DNA of 64,000 nt, taken from the NCBI GenBank assembly GCA_050260275.1, contig JBLNBX010000206.1, forward strand, positions 40,653-104,652. The letters are read 5' to 3'. Made by a program: the position numbers and the translations under genes. Position 1 is the stretch's first letter; each line of letters opens with the position of its first letter. The notes beneath the pieces are model-generated. The model ran no database searches and was not told the origin of the DNA. It was given only the letters and a program-made list of their open reading frames with translations. Positions 26,290 through 35,803 of this stretch are shown here, piece by piece. The stretch is from a bacterium (lineage in GTDB: Bacteria > Acidobacteriota > Terriglobia > Bryobacterales > Bryobacteraceae).

Positions 26290-28452
26290 GTGCTCCTCAA
26301 GCGGCTGCTTAAGGTCCTGAACGCGCTGATACTGCTGGCATTTACGGCCGGCCTGATCGGAGTCTACTGGTATGCATGGCGGCCGTTGCCGCGGACCTCC
26401 GGCACGCTGGTTGCGCCGGTAGCCGCGCGCGGCTCGATAGCGCGCGACGCATCCGGCATGCCCCGCATCACGGCTTCGAGTATCGAGGACGCCCTGTTCC
26501 TGCAGGGTTTCGCGACCGCCCAGGACCGCATGTGGCAGATGGATATGCTCCGCCGCACTGCTGCCGGACGGCTCGCGGAGGTGCTGGGGCAGGCCGGGCT
26601 CCAGATGGATCGCGAAGCGCGCCGGCTGCGCCTTGAGCGGCTGGCGGACGAACACGCCGCAGCCCTCACGCCGGGCGAGCGGGCCGCTTTCGCCGCGTAT
26701 GCACGCGGCATCAATTTCTACCTGGAGACGCATCGCGACCGTCCACCGGTGGAGTTCCGCCTGCTCCGCTACGATCCGCGACCGTGGCGGATCGCCGACA
26801 GCATCCTGGTCGGCCTGCAGCTGTACCGCGACCTCACCAGCACCTGGACGGGCGACCTCCGCGCCCCCAACGCGCTGGCCGCAGCGGGGCCAGCCGCGGC
26901 CCAAGGGTCCAACGCCTGGGTGATCTCGGGGCGCCACACCGCGACCGGCAAGCCCATCCTCGCGAATGATCCGCACCTGCAGTACTCGCTTCCCGGCATC
27001 TGGCACGCCGTTCAGTTGAGCGCTCCGGGACTGAATGCCGCTGGTGTCGCGCTGCCCGGAGTGCCCGGCGTGATCATCGGGCACAACGAACGCATCGCCT
27101 GGGGCATGGCGAATCTCGGTTTCGACGTGCAGGATCTCTACGTTGAAAAGCTGGACCCGCGCACGGGCCGGTATGTCGTTCGAGGCAAAGAGGAGCAGGC
27201 GCGCCTTGAGCGCAACGCCATCGGCGTCAGGGGCGGCGCGAGCGTAGAGTATACCCAGTGGGTGACGCGCAACGGCCCGGTGTCCATCGTGAACGGGCAA
27301 GCAATTGCGCTGCGCTGGACCGCGGCCGAGCCGGGCGGCTTCCGGTATCCAATCATAGACCTCAACCGCGCCGCGAACTGGAACGAGTTCCGGGCGGCGC
27401 TGGCCGGCTTCTCCGGACCCGCGCAGAACTTCGTATACGCCGACGTGGACGGGAACATCGGTTACCAGGTGGCCGGACGCCTGCCGGTCCGTCGCGGTTT
27501 CGACGGCACCGCGCCCGTTGACGGCGCTTCCGGGGACTACGACTGGCTCGGCGCGATTCCGTTTGACGAGCTTCCGCACCTCTTCAACCCGCCTTCGGGC
27601 CGGATCGTCACAGCCAATCAGAACCCGTTTCCCCCGGACTACGCCTATACCGTCAGCGGCAACTTTGCCGCTCCGTTCCGGGCGCAGCGAATCGAGTCGA
27701 TACTCGAGTCGCGCAGCGGCTGGCGCGCCGCGGACATGGCGGCGATCCAAAACGACGTCTACTCCGGATTCCTGCTGCAGTTTTCGCGTGAAGTGGTAGC
27801 CGCGCACAAGGGCCGCGGCGCGGACGTGGCGGACGCCATAGCGGTATTGCGCGACTGGAACGGCCAGATGGACCAGAACTCGGCCGCGCCGTTGTTGGCC
27901 ACTCTCGCCTACCAGCACCTCTGGACAGAGATTGCCGAACGCGCCGCGGAGGCGAAGCTGGCGATACCTGCGAGGCAGACAGCACCGGCGGTCGTGCAGG
28001 AACTGCTCCGCGCACGCCCCCGGGATCTTTTTGAGGACTGGGACGAGATCATCGTTCGCAGTTTTCGCGAGGCCGTGGATGAGGGCCGGCGCATGCAGGG
28101 CGACAACGTGAGGCGGTGGAGCTGGGGCGTCTACAACAGGCTGCACATCCCGCACCCGGTGCTCTCGCGCCTGCCGTTCGTGGGCAGGTATTACACGATC
28201 GGTCCGGTGGCGCAAAGCGGCTCGGCGTTCACGGTGAAACAGACAACGCGCGTTGTCGGCCCGTCAATGCGAATGGCGCTGGACCTCGCCGATTGGAACC
28301 GCTCGCAACTGACGCTGCTTACGGGAGTTTCCGGGCAGCCACTATCGCGGCACCTCACGGATCAGTGGGAAGACTTCTACCGTGGCCGCGGGCGTACCTT
28401 TCCGTTCGACAAGGCTGAGGCGGAAGATGTCCTCGAGTTCACGCCGAGGTAG
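26290..28452 (+). CDS. Penicillin acylase family Ntn-hydrolase (peptidase S45; possible acyl-homoserine-lactone acylase)
   Basis: GTG start and an N-terminal TM/signal. Contains FLQGFATAQDRMWQMDMLRR and the beta-chain nucleophile context SNAWVISGRHTATGKPILANDPHL. Confidence 0.9.
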   Translation: MLLKRLLKVLNALILLAFTAGLIGVYWYAWRPLPRTSGTLVAPVAARGSIARDASGMPRITASSIEDALFLQGFATAQDRMWQMDMLRRTAAGRLAEVLGQAGLQMDREARRLRLERLADEHAAALTPGERAAFAAYARGINFYLETHRDRPPVEFRLLRYDPRPWRIADSILVGLQLYRDLTSTWTGDLRAPNALAAAGPAAAQGSNAWVISGRHTATGKPILANDPHLQYSLPGIWHAVQLSAPGLNAAGVALPGVPGVIIGHNERIAWGMANLGFDVQDLYVEKLDPRTGRYVVRGKEEQARLERNAIGVRGGASVEYTQWVTRNGPVSIVNGQAIALRWTAAEPGGFRYPIIDLNRAANWNEFRAALAGFSGPAQNFVYADVDGNIGYQVAGRLPVRRGFDGTAPVDGASGDYDWLGAIPFDELPHLFNPPSGRIVTANQNPFPPDYAYTVSGNFAAPFRAQRIESILESRSGWRAADMAAIQNDVYSGFLLQFSREVVAAHKGRGADVADAIAVLRDWNGQMDQNSAAPLLATLAYQHLWTEIAERAAEAKLAIPARQTAPAVVQELLRARPRDLFEDWDEIIVRSFREAVDEGRRMQGDNVRRWSWGVYNRLHIPHPVLSRLPFVGRYYTIGPVAQSGSAFTVKQTTRVVGPSMRMALDLADWNRSQLTLLTGVSGQPLSRHLTDQWEDFYRGRGRTFPFDKAEAEDVLEFTPR

Positions 28453-28463
28453 CGCGCTTCCGC

Positions 28464-29750
28464 TCAGTCACACCTCACTATCTCGACCGCGACCGGCGGC
28501 AATTCGTGGCCATCCGCCGAAACGCGCACCTCGCACTTTCCTGCTATGCCGGGCGGAACCGGCACGCTGACCAGATAGAACCGCTGAACCGGATCGACGC
28601 GGGACACGGAGATGCCGCTGACTCTTTGCGCGCCGATCGCGACCCCGATCGAGCCCGCGTCGATCACGTCCGCAACGGCGATATGCATGGCAGAACACTT
28701 GATGACTGGGCCCAGACAGTACTCTTTCCCGTCGCCCACATAAACGATGCGCGGAGCCGCGGGTGGGCTTGGACACACCTCGGCCATCATCAGGTTGGAA
28801 ATGCGCCGGCCAAGATAGCTGAGCACGGCCGGCTGAAAGCCGGCACGCACGGTATCCGGGACGTAGATCGTAAGCCGGCGTGCGCCGTTGGCCTCCACAG
28901 GCCAGATTCGCGTGATCTGCGCCGGGCGGTCGCCGAAGGAGAGTCTGAGGCTGGCGAGATCGGCGTGCTCGTCGCTCAAGCCTTCGACGATCATCGTTCC
29001 GAAGCCGTGCGGGCCGCCGGCGAATAACGCGCGTCCACCGGCTTCGTTGCGGACGGATGCGATCCGCAAACGCCCGGGCGGCTTCCCGGCTCCCGGCGGC
29101 AGCTTTCGCGCGGTCACCCACAGATACTGGGTGTCGCGGCCTTCGCTGGCGAGCACGCGCCAGCCGCGCTGCTTCAGGAAGGCGAACAAATCCTCTTCGG
29201 CTATCCAGACGCCTACCCACGAATCGCGGCATGTGGTGTCCGGCTGTACGCCGTTGAACTGAGCCGAGAAGATGCCCCCCGGCTTGAGCACCCTGTATGC
29301 TTCTTCGATATACCTCTCGATCAGAGAGCGGTCCGGAATATGTTGGAACACAGCGTACGAGTAGACGAAGTCGAAGGAATCGCTGGCGAACGCCGCGAGA
29401 TCGTTCCCCTCCGTAACGCTCACGTGTGCTGAGGGAGTGGATGCAAGATATTCGGCCGCGCGCGCGACCATCTCGGGGGATATGTCCACGCCGTATATGT
29501 CGCCGCAGTCGGCCGCAAGCTGGCGCATGAGCCGCCCGAGGCCGCATCCGATCTCGAGAAACCGCCGCTCCCGGACCGGCGTGGCGGGTAGATATAAGCA
29601 GTCGAGGCGAAGGCGGCCCAGCACTTCTTCGGCGGTCTGCGCGAACTCCTCATCGTCCTGGTCCCTGCGGCCGAACGCGACGTAGTAGCGGGCGTCCTCC
29701 CGCGCGCGGGCGTCCCAGTCGCGGCGCATCTGCTGGATGAGGTCCTGCAT
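28464..29750 (-). CDS. Class I SAM-dependent methyltransferase with an uncharacterised C-terminal extension of about 220 aa
   Basis: Motif I is FLEIGCGLGRLMRQLA..IYGVDISPEM, followed by FDFVYSYAVFQHI and LKPGGIF. I could not assign the C-terminal half. Confidence 0.75.
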   Translation of the reverse strand: MQDLIQQMRRDWDARAREDARYYVAFGRRDQDDEEFAQTAEEVLGRLRLDCLYLPATPVRERRFLEIGCGLGRLMRQLAADCGDIYGVDISPEMVARAAEYLASTPSAHVSVTEGNDLAAFASDSFDFVYSYAVFQHIPDRSLIERYIEEAYRVLKPGGIFSAQFNGVQPDTTCRDSWVGVWIAEEDLFAFLKQRGWRVLASEGRDTQYLWVTARKLPPGAGKPPGRLRIASVRNEAGGRALFAGGPHGFGTMIVEGLSDEHADLASLRLSFGDRPAQITRIWPVEANGARRLTIYVPDTVRAGFQPAVLSYLGRRISNLMMAEVCPSPPAAPRIVYVGDGKEYCLGPVIKCSAMHIAVADVIDAGSIGVAIGAQRVSGISVSRVDPVQRFYLVSVPVPPGIAGKCEVRVSADGHELPPVAVEIVRCD

Positions 29751-29835
29751 ACGCGTACAGGCGGCCGGAATTATAGCATGCGCTCAGGAACCCGGCCCCG
29801 CCGGAAGACATCTCGACCCGGCCGCGGTTGCCAGG

Positions 29836-30825
29836 CTACCCGGCCGTGTACAGGCCCATCCGCTGCTTGACAGTTTCCACGGTGTTGTTTGCGATCGGGC
29901 TGACACGCTCGGCTGCCTCGCGCAGGATGCCGTCGATATAGCCCGGGTCCGCCGCGATCTCGCAATAGCGCTTCTGCAGCGGCGCGAGGCTCTCAATGAC
30001 CATCTCCGCCACCGTCTTCTTCAGGTCGCCGTACCGCATGCCGGAGAAGCGCTCGCGCATCTCGTCGTCGGTTGCGCCGCTGAAAGCCTGATAAATGGTT
30101 AGCAGGTTCTCCACACCCGCGCCGAGCGAGCTGAAATCGACTGCGGGCGCCGAATCCGTCGTCGCACGCATGATCTTCTTCCTGATCGCATCGGGCGGAT
30201 CGAGCAGCGCGATGGCGTGGTTCGCGCCCGCGGTGGACTTGCTCATCTTCTTGGTGGGGTCGTCGAGCCCCATGACGCGCGCGCCCACCATGGGCAGCTT
30301 CGTTTCGGGAACCACAAACGTTTCGCCGTAGAGCGAGTTGAAGCGCTGCGCGATGTCGCGCGTGAGTTCCAGGTGCTGCGACTGGTCGTCACCGACAGGC
30401 ACGATCGCGGCCTGGTACAGCAGGATGTCCGCGGCCATCAGCACCGGATACTGCAACAGGCCGTCGCTTACGGTTTCGCGGCCTGCGGACTTCGCCTTGA
30501 ACTGCGTCATGCGCTCCAGCCAGCCGACGGGCGTGACACAGGTGAGCATCCAGGCCAGCTCCGTGTGCGCCGGCACGGAGGACTGCACGATGATGGCGGT
30601 CTGCTTCGGGTCGATGCCCGCGGCCAGGAACAGCCCGGCCAACTCGCGTATCTTTGCGCGCAGCTTCGCGGGCTCCTGGTACTCCGTGATGGCGTGCAGA
30701 TCGACGATGCCGAAGATGGCCTCGTAGTCGTACTGCATCGTGACCCAATTCTTGAGCGCGCCAAGGTAGTTACCAATGTGCAGGTTGCCCGAAGGCTGCA
30801 TTCCGGAGAAGACTCGTGGTTTCAT
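29836..30825 (-). CDS. trpS: Tryptophan--tRNA ligase
   Basis: VFSGMQPSGNLHIGNYLGA (HIGH-type motif) and KMSKS are present, along with overall class Ic architecture. The start is taken at MKPRVFSG (30825); the ORF is open to 30849. Confidence 0.95.
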   Translation of the reverse strand: MKPRVFSGMQPSGNLHIGNYLGALKNWVTMQYDYEAIFGIVDLHAITEYQEPAKLRAKIRELAGLFLAAGIDPKQTAIIVQSSVPAHTELAWMLTCVTPVGWLERMTQFKAKSAGRETVSDGLLQYPVLMAADILLYQAAIVPVGDDQSQHLELTRDIAQRFNSLYGETFVVPETKLPMVGARVMGLDDPTKKMSKSTAGANHAIALLDPPDAIRKKIMRATTDSAPAVDFSSLGAGVENLLTIYQAFSGATDDEMRERFSGMRYGDLKKTVAEMVIESLAPLQKRYCEIAADPGYIDGILREAAERVSPIANNTVETVKQRMGLYTAG

Positions 30826-30858
30826 TCGAAGAAAGGGACGAAACACCATCCTACTGTG

Positions 30859-32076
30859 ATGCCGGACTTCGAAACAAATCCGAGGGCCGTTGAGGCCGTT
30901 ATCGAAAAGCTCGTCTATGGCGGCGCGGGACTGGCGCGCATCGATGGGCGCGTCGCGCTGGTGCCGTTCGTGCTTCCAGGCGAGCGCGTGCGCATCGAGC
31001 CGCAGGCAGGGCGCCGCGGCGTGCTCTCGGCCCGGCTCGAGAGCGTCGTCGAGCCTTCAGCGGCGCGGACCCATCCGCCCTGCCCTTTTTTCTACCGGTG
31101 TGGGGGATGCCAGTACCAGCACGGCATCTACGAGGCGCAAGTGGAGGCGAAACGCGCGATAGTCGCCGAGACGTTGGCGCGCATCGGCAAGCTCGAGCCT
31201 CCCGGCGAGATCGATGCAATCACAGGCGAGCCCTGGGGCTACCGAAACCGCACACAGTTCCACGTTGAGCGCAACCGGCTCGGCTATTTCGGCTTCGGCA
31301 CGCACGCTCTCGTTCCGGTGGACCGCTGCCCCATCTCATCGCCCCGGATCAACGAGGTCCTCACGGCGCTCAACGGCATGGTGCGCGACCGCCGCTGGCC
31401 CGCTTTTGTGCGATCCGTCGAGGTGTTCACGAACGAAACGGAGGTTCAGATAAACGTGCGCGAAACGGACCGCCCCGTCGCGCGGCGCTTCTTTGAGTGG
31501 TGCGCGGAGGCGGTTCCGGGCTTCGCGCCCGCCGCAATCGAGTACCGCGCCGCATCGGACACCTACCGCGTGGGCCGCAATTCGTTCTTCCAGGTAAACC
31601 GCTTCCTCACCGGCCGGCTCGTCGAGCGCGCGCTCGAGGGCGCATCGGGCGGGACGGCGTTCGATCTGTATGCCGGCGCAGGCCTGTTCTCTCTGCAGCT
31701 CGCGCGGCGGTTCGAGCGCGTCACGGCTGTCGAGGGCGGCGCCGCGGCACGCGACCTGGAGTACAACGCCGAACGCGCCGGCGTGCGCCTCGAGGTACGC
31801 CGCAGTCCGGTGGAAGCATTTCTTGAAGGCATCTCCGAAGCGCCGGATTTCGTCCTTGCCGACCCGCCTCGTGCGGGCTTGGGCAAGTCCGCGGTGCGCT
31901 CTCTGCTGCGGCTGGAGCCGGCGCGGCTTTCCATTGTGTCGTGCGATCCCGCGACGCTCGCGCGCGACCTCGCCGCTCTCACGGCGGGCGGCTACAGGCT
32001 AGCGCGGCTCACCCTGATAGACTTGTTCCCGCAGACTTACCACATCGAGACGGTCTCAACGCTGGAGAGGGCGTAA
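30859..32076 (+). CDS. RumA/RlmD-family 23S rRNA (uracil-C5)-methyltransferase (TRAM domain, 4Fe-4S)
   Basis: Starts at the in-frame ATG at 30859 (MPDFETNPRAVEAVIEKLVYGGAGLARIDG...). Contains the Cys cluster CPFFYRCGGCQYQH, SAM motif FDLYAGAGLFSL, and DPPRAGLG with SCDPATLARD. The upstream part of ORF 30217..32076 is antisense to trpS. Confidence 0.85.
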   Translation: MPDFETNPRAVEAVIEKLVYGGAGLARIDGRVALVPFVLPGERVRIEPQAGRRGVLSARLESVVEPSAARTHPPCPFFYRCGGCQYQHGIYEAQVEAKRAIVAETLARIGKLEPPGEIDAITGEPWGYRNRTQFHVERNRLGYFGFGTHALVPVDRCPISSPRINEVLTALNGMVRDRRWPAFVRSVEVFTNETEVQINVRETDRPVARRFFEWCAEAVPGFAPAAIEYRAASDTYRVGRNSFFQVNRFLTGRLVERALEGASGGTAFDLYAGAGLFSLQLARRFERVTAVEGGAAARDLEYNAERAGVRLEVRRSPVEAFLEGISEAPDFVLADPPRAGLGKSAVRSLLRLEPARLSIVSCDPATLARDLAALTAGGYRLARLTLIDLFPQTYHIETVSTLERA

Positions 32077-32090
32077 CGAGTGCACCTGGA

Positions 32091-32127
32091 CGCCGCGGCG
32101 CAGACTTGCGCGGCGCCCCGTTCTTTT
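32091..32127 (+). terminator. Candidate intrinsic terminator after the rlmD-like gene
   Basis: An imperfect GC stem (cgccgcggcgca / tgcgcggcg, one mismatch, loop gact) is followed by ccccgTTCTTTT. The T-tract abuts the stop of the convergent SBP gene. Confidence 0.3.
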
Positions 32128-33173
32128 CACTGCGGATTCTGTTGAGCCTCCGCCTTCGAAACGATGCGTACGGGCCGCCGGTTCTGCCCGAACTCGTCCC
32201 ACTCGATGAGGCCGCTCGCGCCTTCGTACGGCGAGAGGGCGCCCATGGCCCTGCGTATCCGCTCACGGTTCAAACCGCCCCGCCGCACCGCCTGCGCAAG
32301 CATCTTCACCGAATCGTAAGCGCATGCAGAGGCATAGTCGGGGAACCGCGTCTGCTCGCTCAGCAGCGGGAACTGAACACCAGCACCGTTGAACTCCGCC
32401 CGGCCCATGGAGGGTCCGCCGTATATCTGCCCCTTGTAGCCGCTTTCGCGAAGTGCACTCACCGCAGCGGCGCTGTCCCGCGCGTCTGCGATGACGATGG
32501 CCGGTTCGATGCCGTTCGCGACAGCCGCGGCAGCGCGTCCAGCGTCGTTCGGCCCGAACTCGACCAGACGCGAGATCGAGACCAGCGGCTTCAGCTTCGA
32601 TAGCAGTGCCCGCGAATCGTGATCCGTTGAAGCGATGACGAGCACAGACTGCCCTTTCACGGCCTGCGCGAGCGCCTGCGCTATCACGTCGTCGCCCTGC
32701 ACGCACGAGAAGATCCAGGGCAATCCGGCGGTGTGGATGCTGCGGTCCGATGAGGAGGGGTTCACAACCGTGAGGAGGGCTTTGGCCGCAATCTGCTCCG
32801 CCAGGTGCACCGCATCCCCGTTCTCCGTGGCGATGATGGCCCAGACGCGGTCGCGAAACGCCATGCGCGTCAGGTGCTGCGCGCCGGCGCGCCACGGATC
32901 GTCGGCCCAGCCTGGTAAAAGGCGAAACGGCCGCCCTTTGTACCCGCCGTCGCGGTTTAGCTCGGCGAGAGCCTGGTTCGCAGCATCCCACATGGGACCT
33001 TCCGGAGGCCCGAACCAGCCGAAGAGAACCTCGCTGACCTCCGGCTCGGGAGACTCCGCCCCCGGGCCCGCGAACTCGACAGGCGTCTTGCGGCCATCTT
33101 TGTACGGCTGGGGCGCATCCTGGGCTGCGCCCCAGGCCGCGGCTACAAGGAGAACTGCTATGAGGCGCGTCAC
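32127..33173 (-). CDS. Periplasmic binding protein, Leu/Ile/Val-binding (Peripla_BP_6) family, no cognate ABC genes nearby
   Basis: The likely GTG start at 33173 overlaps the upstream TGA (GTGA) and gives the signal peptide VTRLIAVLLVAAAWGAAQ. Type-1 PBP-like blocks follow (VWAIIATENGDAVHLAEQIAAKALLTVVNPSSSD, VLVIASTDHDS). Confidence 0.8.
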   Translation of the reverse strand: MTRLIAVLLVAAAWGAAQDAPQPYKDGRKTPVEFAGPGAESPEPEVSEVLFGWFGPPEGPMWDAANQALAELNRDGGYKGRPFRLLPGWADDPWRAGAQHLTRMAFRDRVWAIIATENGDAVHLAEQIAAKALLTVVNPSSSDRSIHTAGLPWIFSCVQGDDVIAQALAQAVKGQSVLVIASTDHDSRALLSKLKPLVSISRLVEFGPNDAGRAAAAVANGIEPAIVIADARDSAAAVSALRESGYKGQIYGGPSMGRAEFNGAGVQFPLLSEQTRFPDYASACAYDSVKMLAQAVRRGGLNRERIRRAMGALSPYEGASGLIEWDEFGQNRRPVRIVSKAEAQQNPQ

Positions 33174-34636
33174 TCCGCTCTTGGCGCCTGCAGGCCCACG
33201 TGCTCCGGCGTGCGGCGTGGCAGATCCGATTCCGGAACGCCGAGATCCTTGCGCGAGTAATACTTCCACCGGCCCCCCTCGTACTTAGCCAGGAACACCT
33301 CGCCGATGTCGTCGAGCACGGCACTGAACTGAATATCTCCGGTTACGCCCCGGAAAGGAGTGTTGCGGTACGCCAGCAAGTCGCGGATCTTGGCGCGGTT
33401 CAGCCCCGCTTCCTGCACGGCCCAGATGAGCATGTTCATGCCGTCGTAGGCGTGCGAGGCGTACGTCTCTGGCTCTTCGCCAAAGCGCGCCTTGAACCGC
33501 TCGCGGAAGGACGCGAACAACGGATTGTTGCTGTCGGGATTCCAGGGATACCCGGCGACGACGCCCTCGGCGTTCTTGCCGGCGATCTTGACAAACTCGT
33601 CCGAGACCATGCGGTCGCACCCGTAGAAGGGCTGCGTCATGCCTATCGCCCGCATCTGATTCAGGATCAGCGCGCCTTCCTTCGCGTCGCCCCAGTGCAC
33701 GACCGCGTCGAGATTGGAGGCCTTCATGCGCTCGAGCTGGAGCGAGAAATCCGTGGAGCCAACCTTGTACGCCATCTCGATCAGGATGGGGTATTGCATG
33801 CGCCGCGCCGAGTCGTTCACCTCGCGCACCCCGAACCGCCCGTAGCGGTTGGAACTGCGGATGATCCCTATCCGCTTGTGCCCCATCTTGCGAATCATGT
33901 AGTCGACGAGGAGATAGCCCATCTGGCGGTCGTCGCCGATGCACCGCATGACCCACGGAATGTTCGTCTCGATATACGTCGGATCCGTATTCCCGGTGTT
34001 GACCATGACCAGCTCGGCCTTGAGCGCAACACGGATGGCGATATGACTGTTCGCGCCGTCGATGGTGCCGAGAATCCCCCAGACGTTGTCCTTATATGCC
34101 TGCTTGATGATCTCGTTCCCGGACGCGCCCCACAGGCCGTTATCGTTGCTGATGACGAGCTCGAAAGGTATCTTGCGCTTGAGGTAGCCTCCGCGCGCGT
34201 TGGCCTCCTCGATCGCCAGCCGCGCACCCTGCAGCATCTTTATGCCGAGGGTTTCCTCGTGGCTCATGCCGCCTGTGGCCGCCGACACCGTCGCCATGAG
34301 CGGCCCGATGAAACCGATCTTCACGGTTCTCAAGTCCGGGCCGGGCTCCGGAATCGCGCGCCCGGGTCCCGTGTACTCCATCTGAGTCAGAAAGTGCCGC
34401 TTGTACGGCTTTATCCCGCCGTACGGCTCCACTGACTCCGGAGTCTTGGCGTAGTTCGTGTCGATGCGCAGCGGCAGCTTGGGAGTCTGATAGGCCGTGA
34501 GGCTGTTGACTTCCTTCAGTATCCTGGCTGCTTCCGGATCGCCCAGCAAGATCCAGGGTTCGACTTTCGGGTCCGGCTTGTACTGCGCCCACGCCAAAGC
34601 GGCGGTGGCGGCGAGCAACACGAATCTGGCTGTCAC
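33170..34636 (-). CDS. Periplasmic binding protein, Leu/Ile/Val-binding (Peripla_BP_6) family
   Basis: GTG start in a GTGA overlap with the upstream stop and signal peptide MTARFVLLAATAALAWAQ. Contains VKIGFIGPL...GARLAIEEANARGG, VWGILGTIDGANSHIAIRVALKAELVMVN and ETYASHAYDGMNMLIWAV. Confidence 0.85.
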   Translation of the reverse strand: MTARFVLLAATAALAWAQYKPDPKVEPWILLGDPEAARILKEVNSLTAYQTPKLPLRIDTNYAKTPESVEPYGGIKPYKRHFLTQMEYTGPGRAIPEPGPDLRTVKIGFIGPLMATVSAATGGMSHEETLGIKMLQGARLAIEEANARGGYLKRKIPFELVISNDNGLWGASGNEIIKQAYKDNVWGILGTIDGANSHIAIRVALKAELVMVNTGNTDPTYIETNIPWVMRCIGDDRQMGYLLVDYMIRKMGHKRIGIIRSSNRYGRFGVREVNDSARRMQYPILIEMAYKVGSTDFSLQLERMKASNLDAVVHWGDAKEGALILNQMRAIGMTQPFYGCDRMVSDEFVKIAGKNAEGVVAGYPWNPDSNNPLFASFRERFKARFGEEPETYASHAYDGMNMLIWAVQEAGLNRAKIRDLLAYRNTPFRGVTGDIQFSAVLDDIGEVFLAKYEGGRWKYYSRKDLGVPESDLPRRTPEHVGLQAPRAE

Positions 34637-35793
34637 TTTGCGCCTCCCTGCTGCTGCGCGATGCTGGTTACCATAGGAGGCCGCTCGCGCAGGCCCCTGT
34701 AATACCCCTCGCCGATGCCCCAGCCCAGGCCCTTAGCCGTGCCTATCCATACGTCGTTGCCGTCCACGTCGGCGGCGATGATGTAGTTGTGCGGAATGCT
34801 GACGGGCAGTTCCACCGTCTCGAGCACCTGTTTGTCCCGCATCACGACCGCCTTGCCGCCTTCGCCGTCCGGGTTCCGCGTATAGGACACCCATGTGTTG
34901 GTCGCAAAATCCACGATCGCGGCCGCGCCCTTGTCAGTACAGAACCAGGCCTCGTCCGAACTGCGGGCGCTCAGGTTGTTGATGAAATCGCTCGGCAGCC
35001 CGGAGTCCTGGTTGTAGAATGCCCGCCAGTTGCGCCCGTCGTATCTGGACGCGCCGAAGTACGACGAAACCCACAAAGCGCCCTCAACTTCCTGGGCGGC
35101 GGTAGTGATCACGTGGAGAATGCCATCGTCGCGGTACAGGTCTATCTCCATCTCGCGGTCCGGATCCAGGTAATCCTTCCAGCGGTCCGTCGAGATTGTG
35201 TACTCGAGAACTCCGCTGCCCCACACGGCCAGGAACATCTTGTCGCCGCCGTTATAGCTGATGCCGTAGTTCCATATCTCCTCCATGGGAGCGTTCTTCT
35301 CGTTGTAAATGGTCCACTCACCGGTCCTGGTGTTGTAGCGGCTGGCTCCGGCGGTGGTGGCGGCCCAGACGTTGTCGCCCTGGACAGCGACACCGTACAC
35401 CACGTCGTTCACAAGCCCGCTGTTCAGTTGGTGCCAGTGGTCGAAGCGCCCGCCCGAGAACCGCGCCAGCCCTCCACCGAACAGCGCCAGCCAGACGTCC
35501 CCGGTCTTGGGGTCAATATCGATACCGGCAACAGCCTGGAACGGCAGGCCGTCTTTCTCGGTCCAGCTCCTGATCTTTCCGGTGCGCTTGTCGAGCATGG
35601 CCAGGCCATTCTCGGTGCCGATCCACACGCGCGGGCCGTCCGCTTTTATAGCGAAGATGTGGTCGTTTGGAAGACCGTCTTTGACGGTGAAGTGTTTCCA
35701 TTTGGTGTAGACGTACGGCAGCTTCACGGCATCGGCCCCGAAAGCCGCTCCGCAGAAGGCCAGAATCACTACAGCGGCCGCGCTGGTCCGCAT
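34633..35793 (-). CDS. Exported stand-alone beta-propeller with two-component-regulator-propeller (Reg_prop)-like repeats
   Basis: Signal peptide, then repeated units of the type KDGLPNDHIFAIKADGPRVWIGTENGLAMLD, WTEKDGLPFQAVAGIDID...VWLALFGGGLARF and NSGLVNDVVYGVAVQGDNVWAATTAGASRY. Confidence 0.75.
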   Translation of the reverse strand: MRTSAAAVVILAFCGAAFGADAVKLPYVYTKWKHFTVKDGLPNDHIFAIKADGPRVWIGTENGLAMLDKRTGKIRSWTEKDGLPFQAVAGIDIDPKTGDVWLALFGGGLARFSGGRFDHWHQLNSGLVNDVVYGVAVQGDNVWAATTAGASRYNTRTGEWTIYNEKNAPMEEIWNYGISYNGGDKMFLAVWGSGVLEYTISTDRWKDYLDPDREMEIDLYRDDGILHVITTAAQEVEGALWVSSYFGASRYDGRNWRAFYNQDSGLPSDFINNLSARSSDEAWFCTDKGAAAIVDFATNTWVSYTRNPDGEGGKAVVMRDKQVLETVELPVSIPHNYIIAADVDGNDVWIGTAKGLGWGIGEGYYRGLRERPPMVTSIAQQQGGAK

Positions 35794-35803
35794 ACAAGCC
35801 TCC

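Noticed and set aside
26269-28215. 648-aa minus-strand ORF
   Set aside because: It is antisense to the clearly identified penicillin-acylase-family gene. This is a typical GC-driven open frame.
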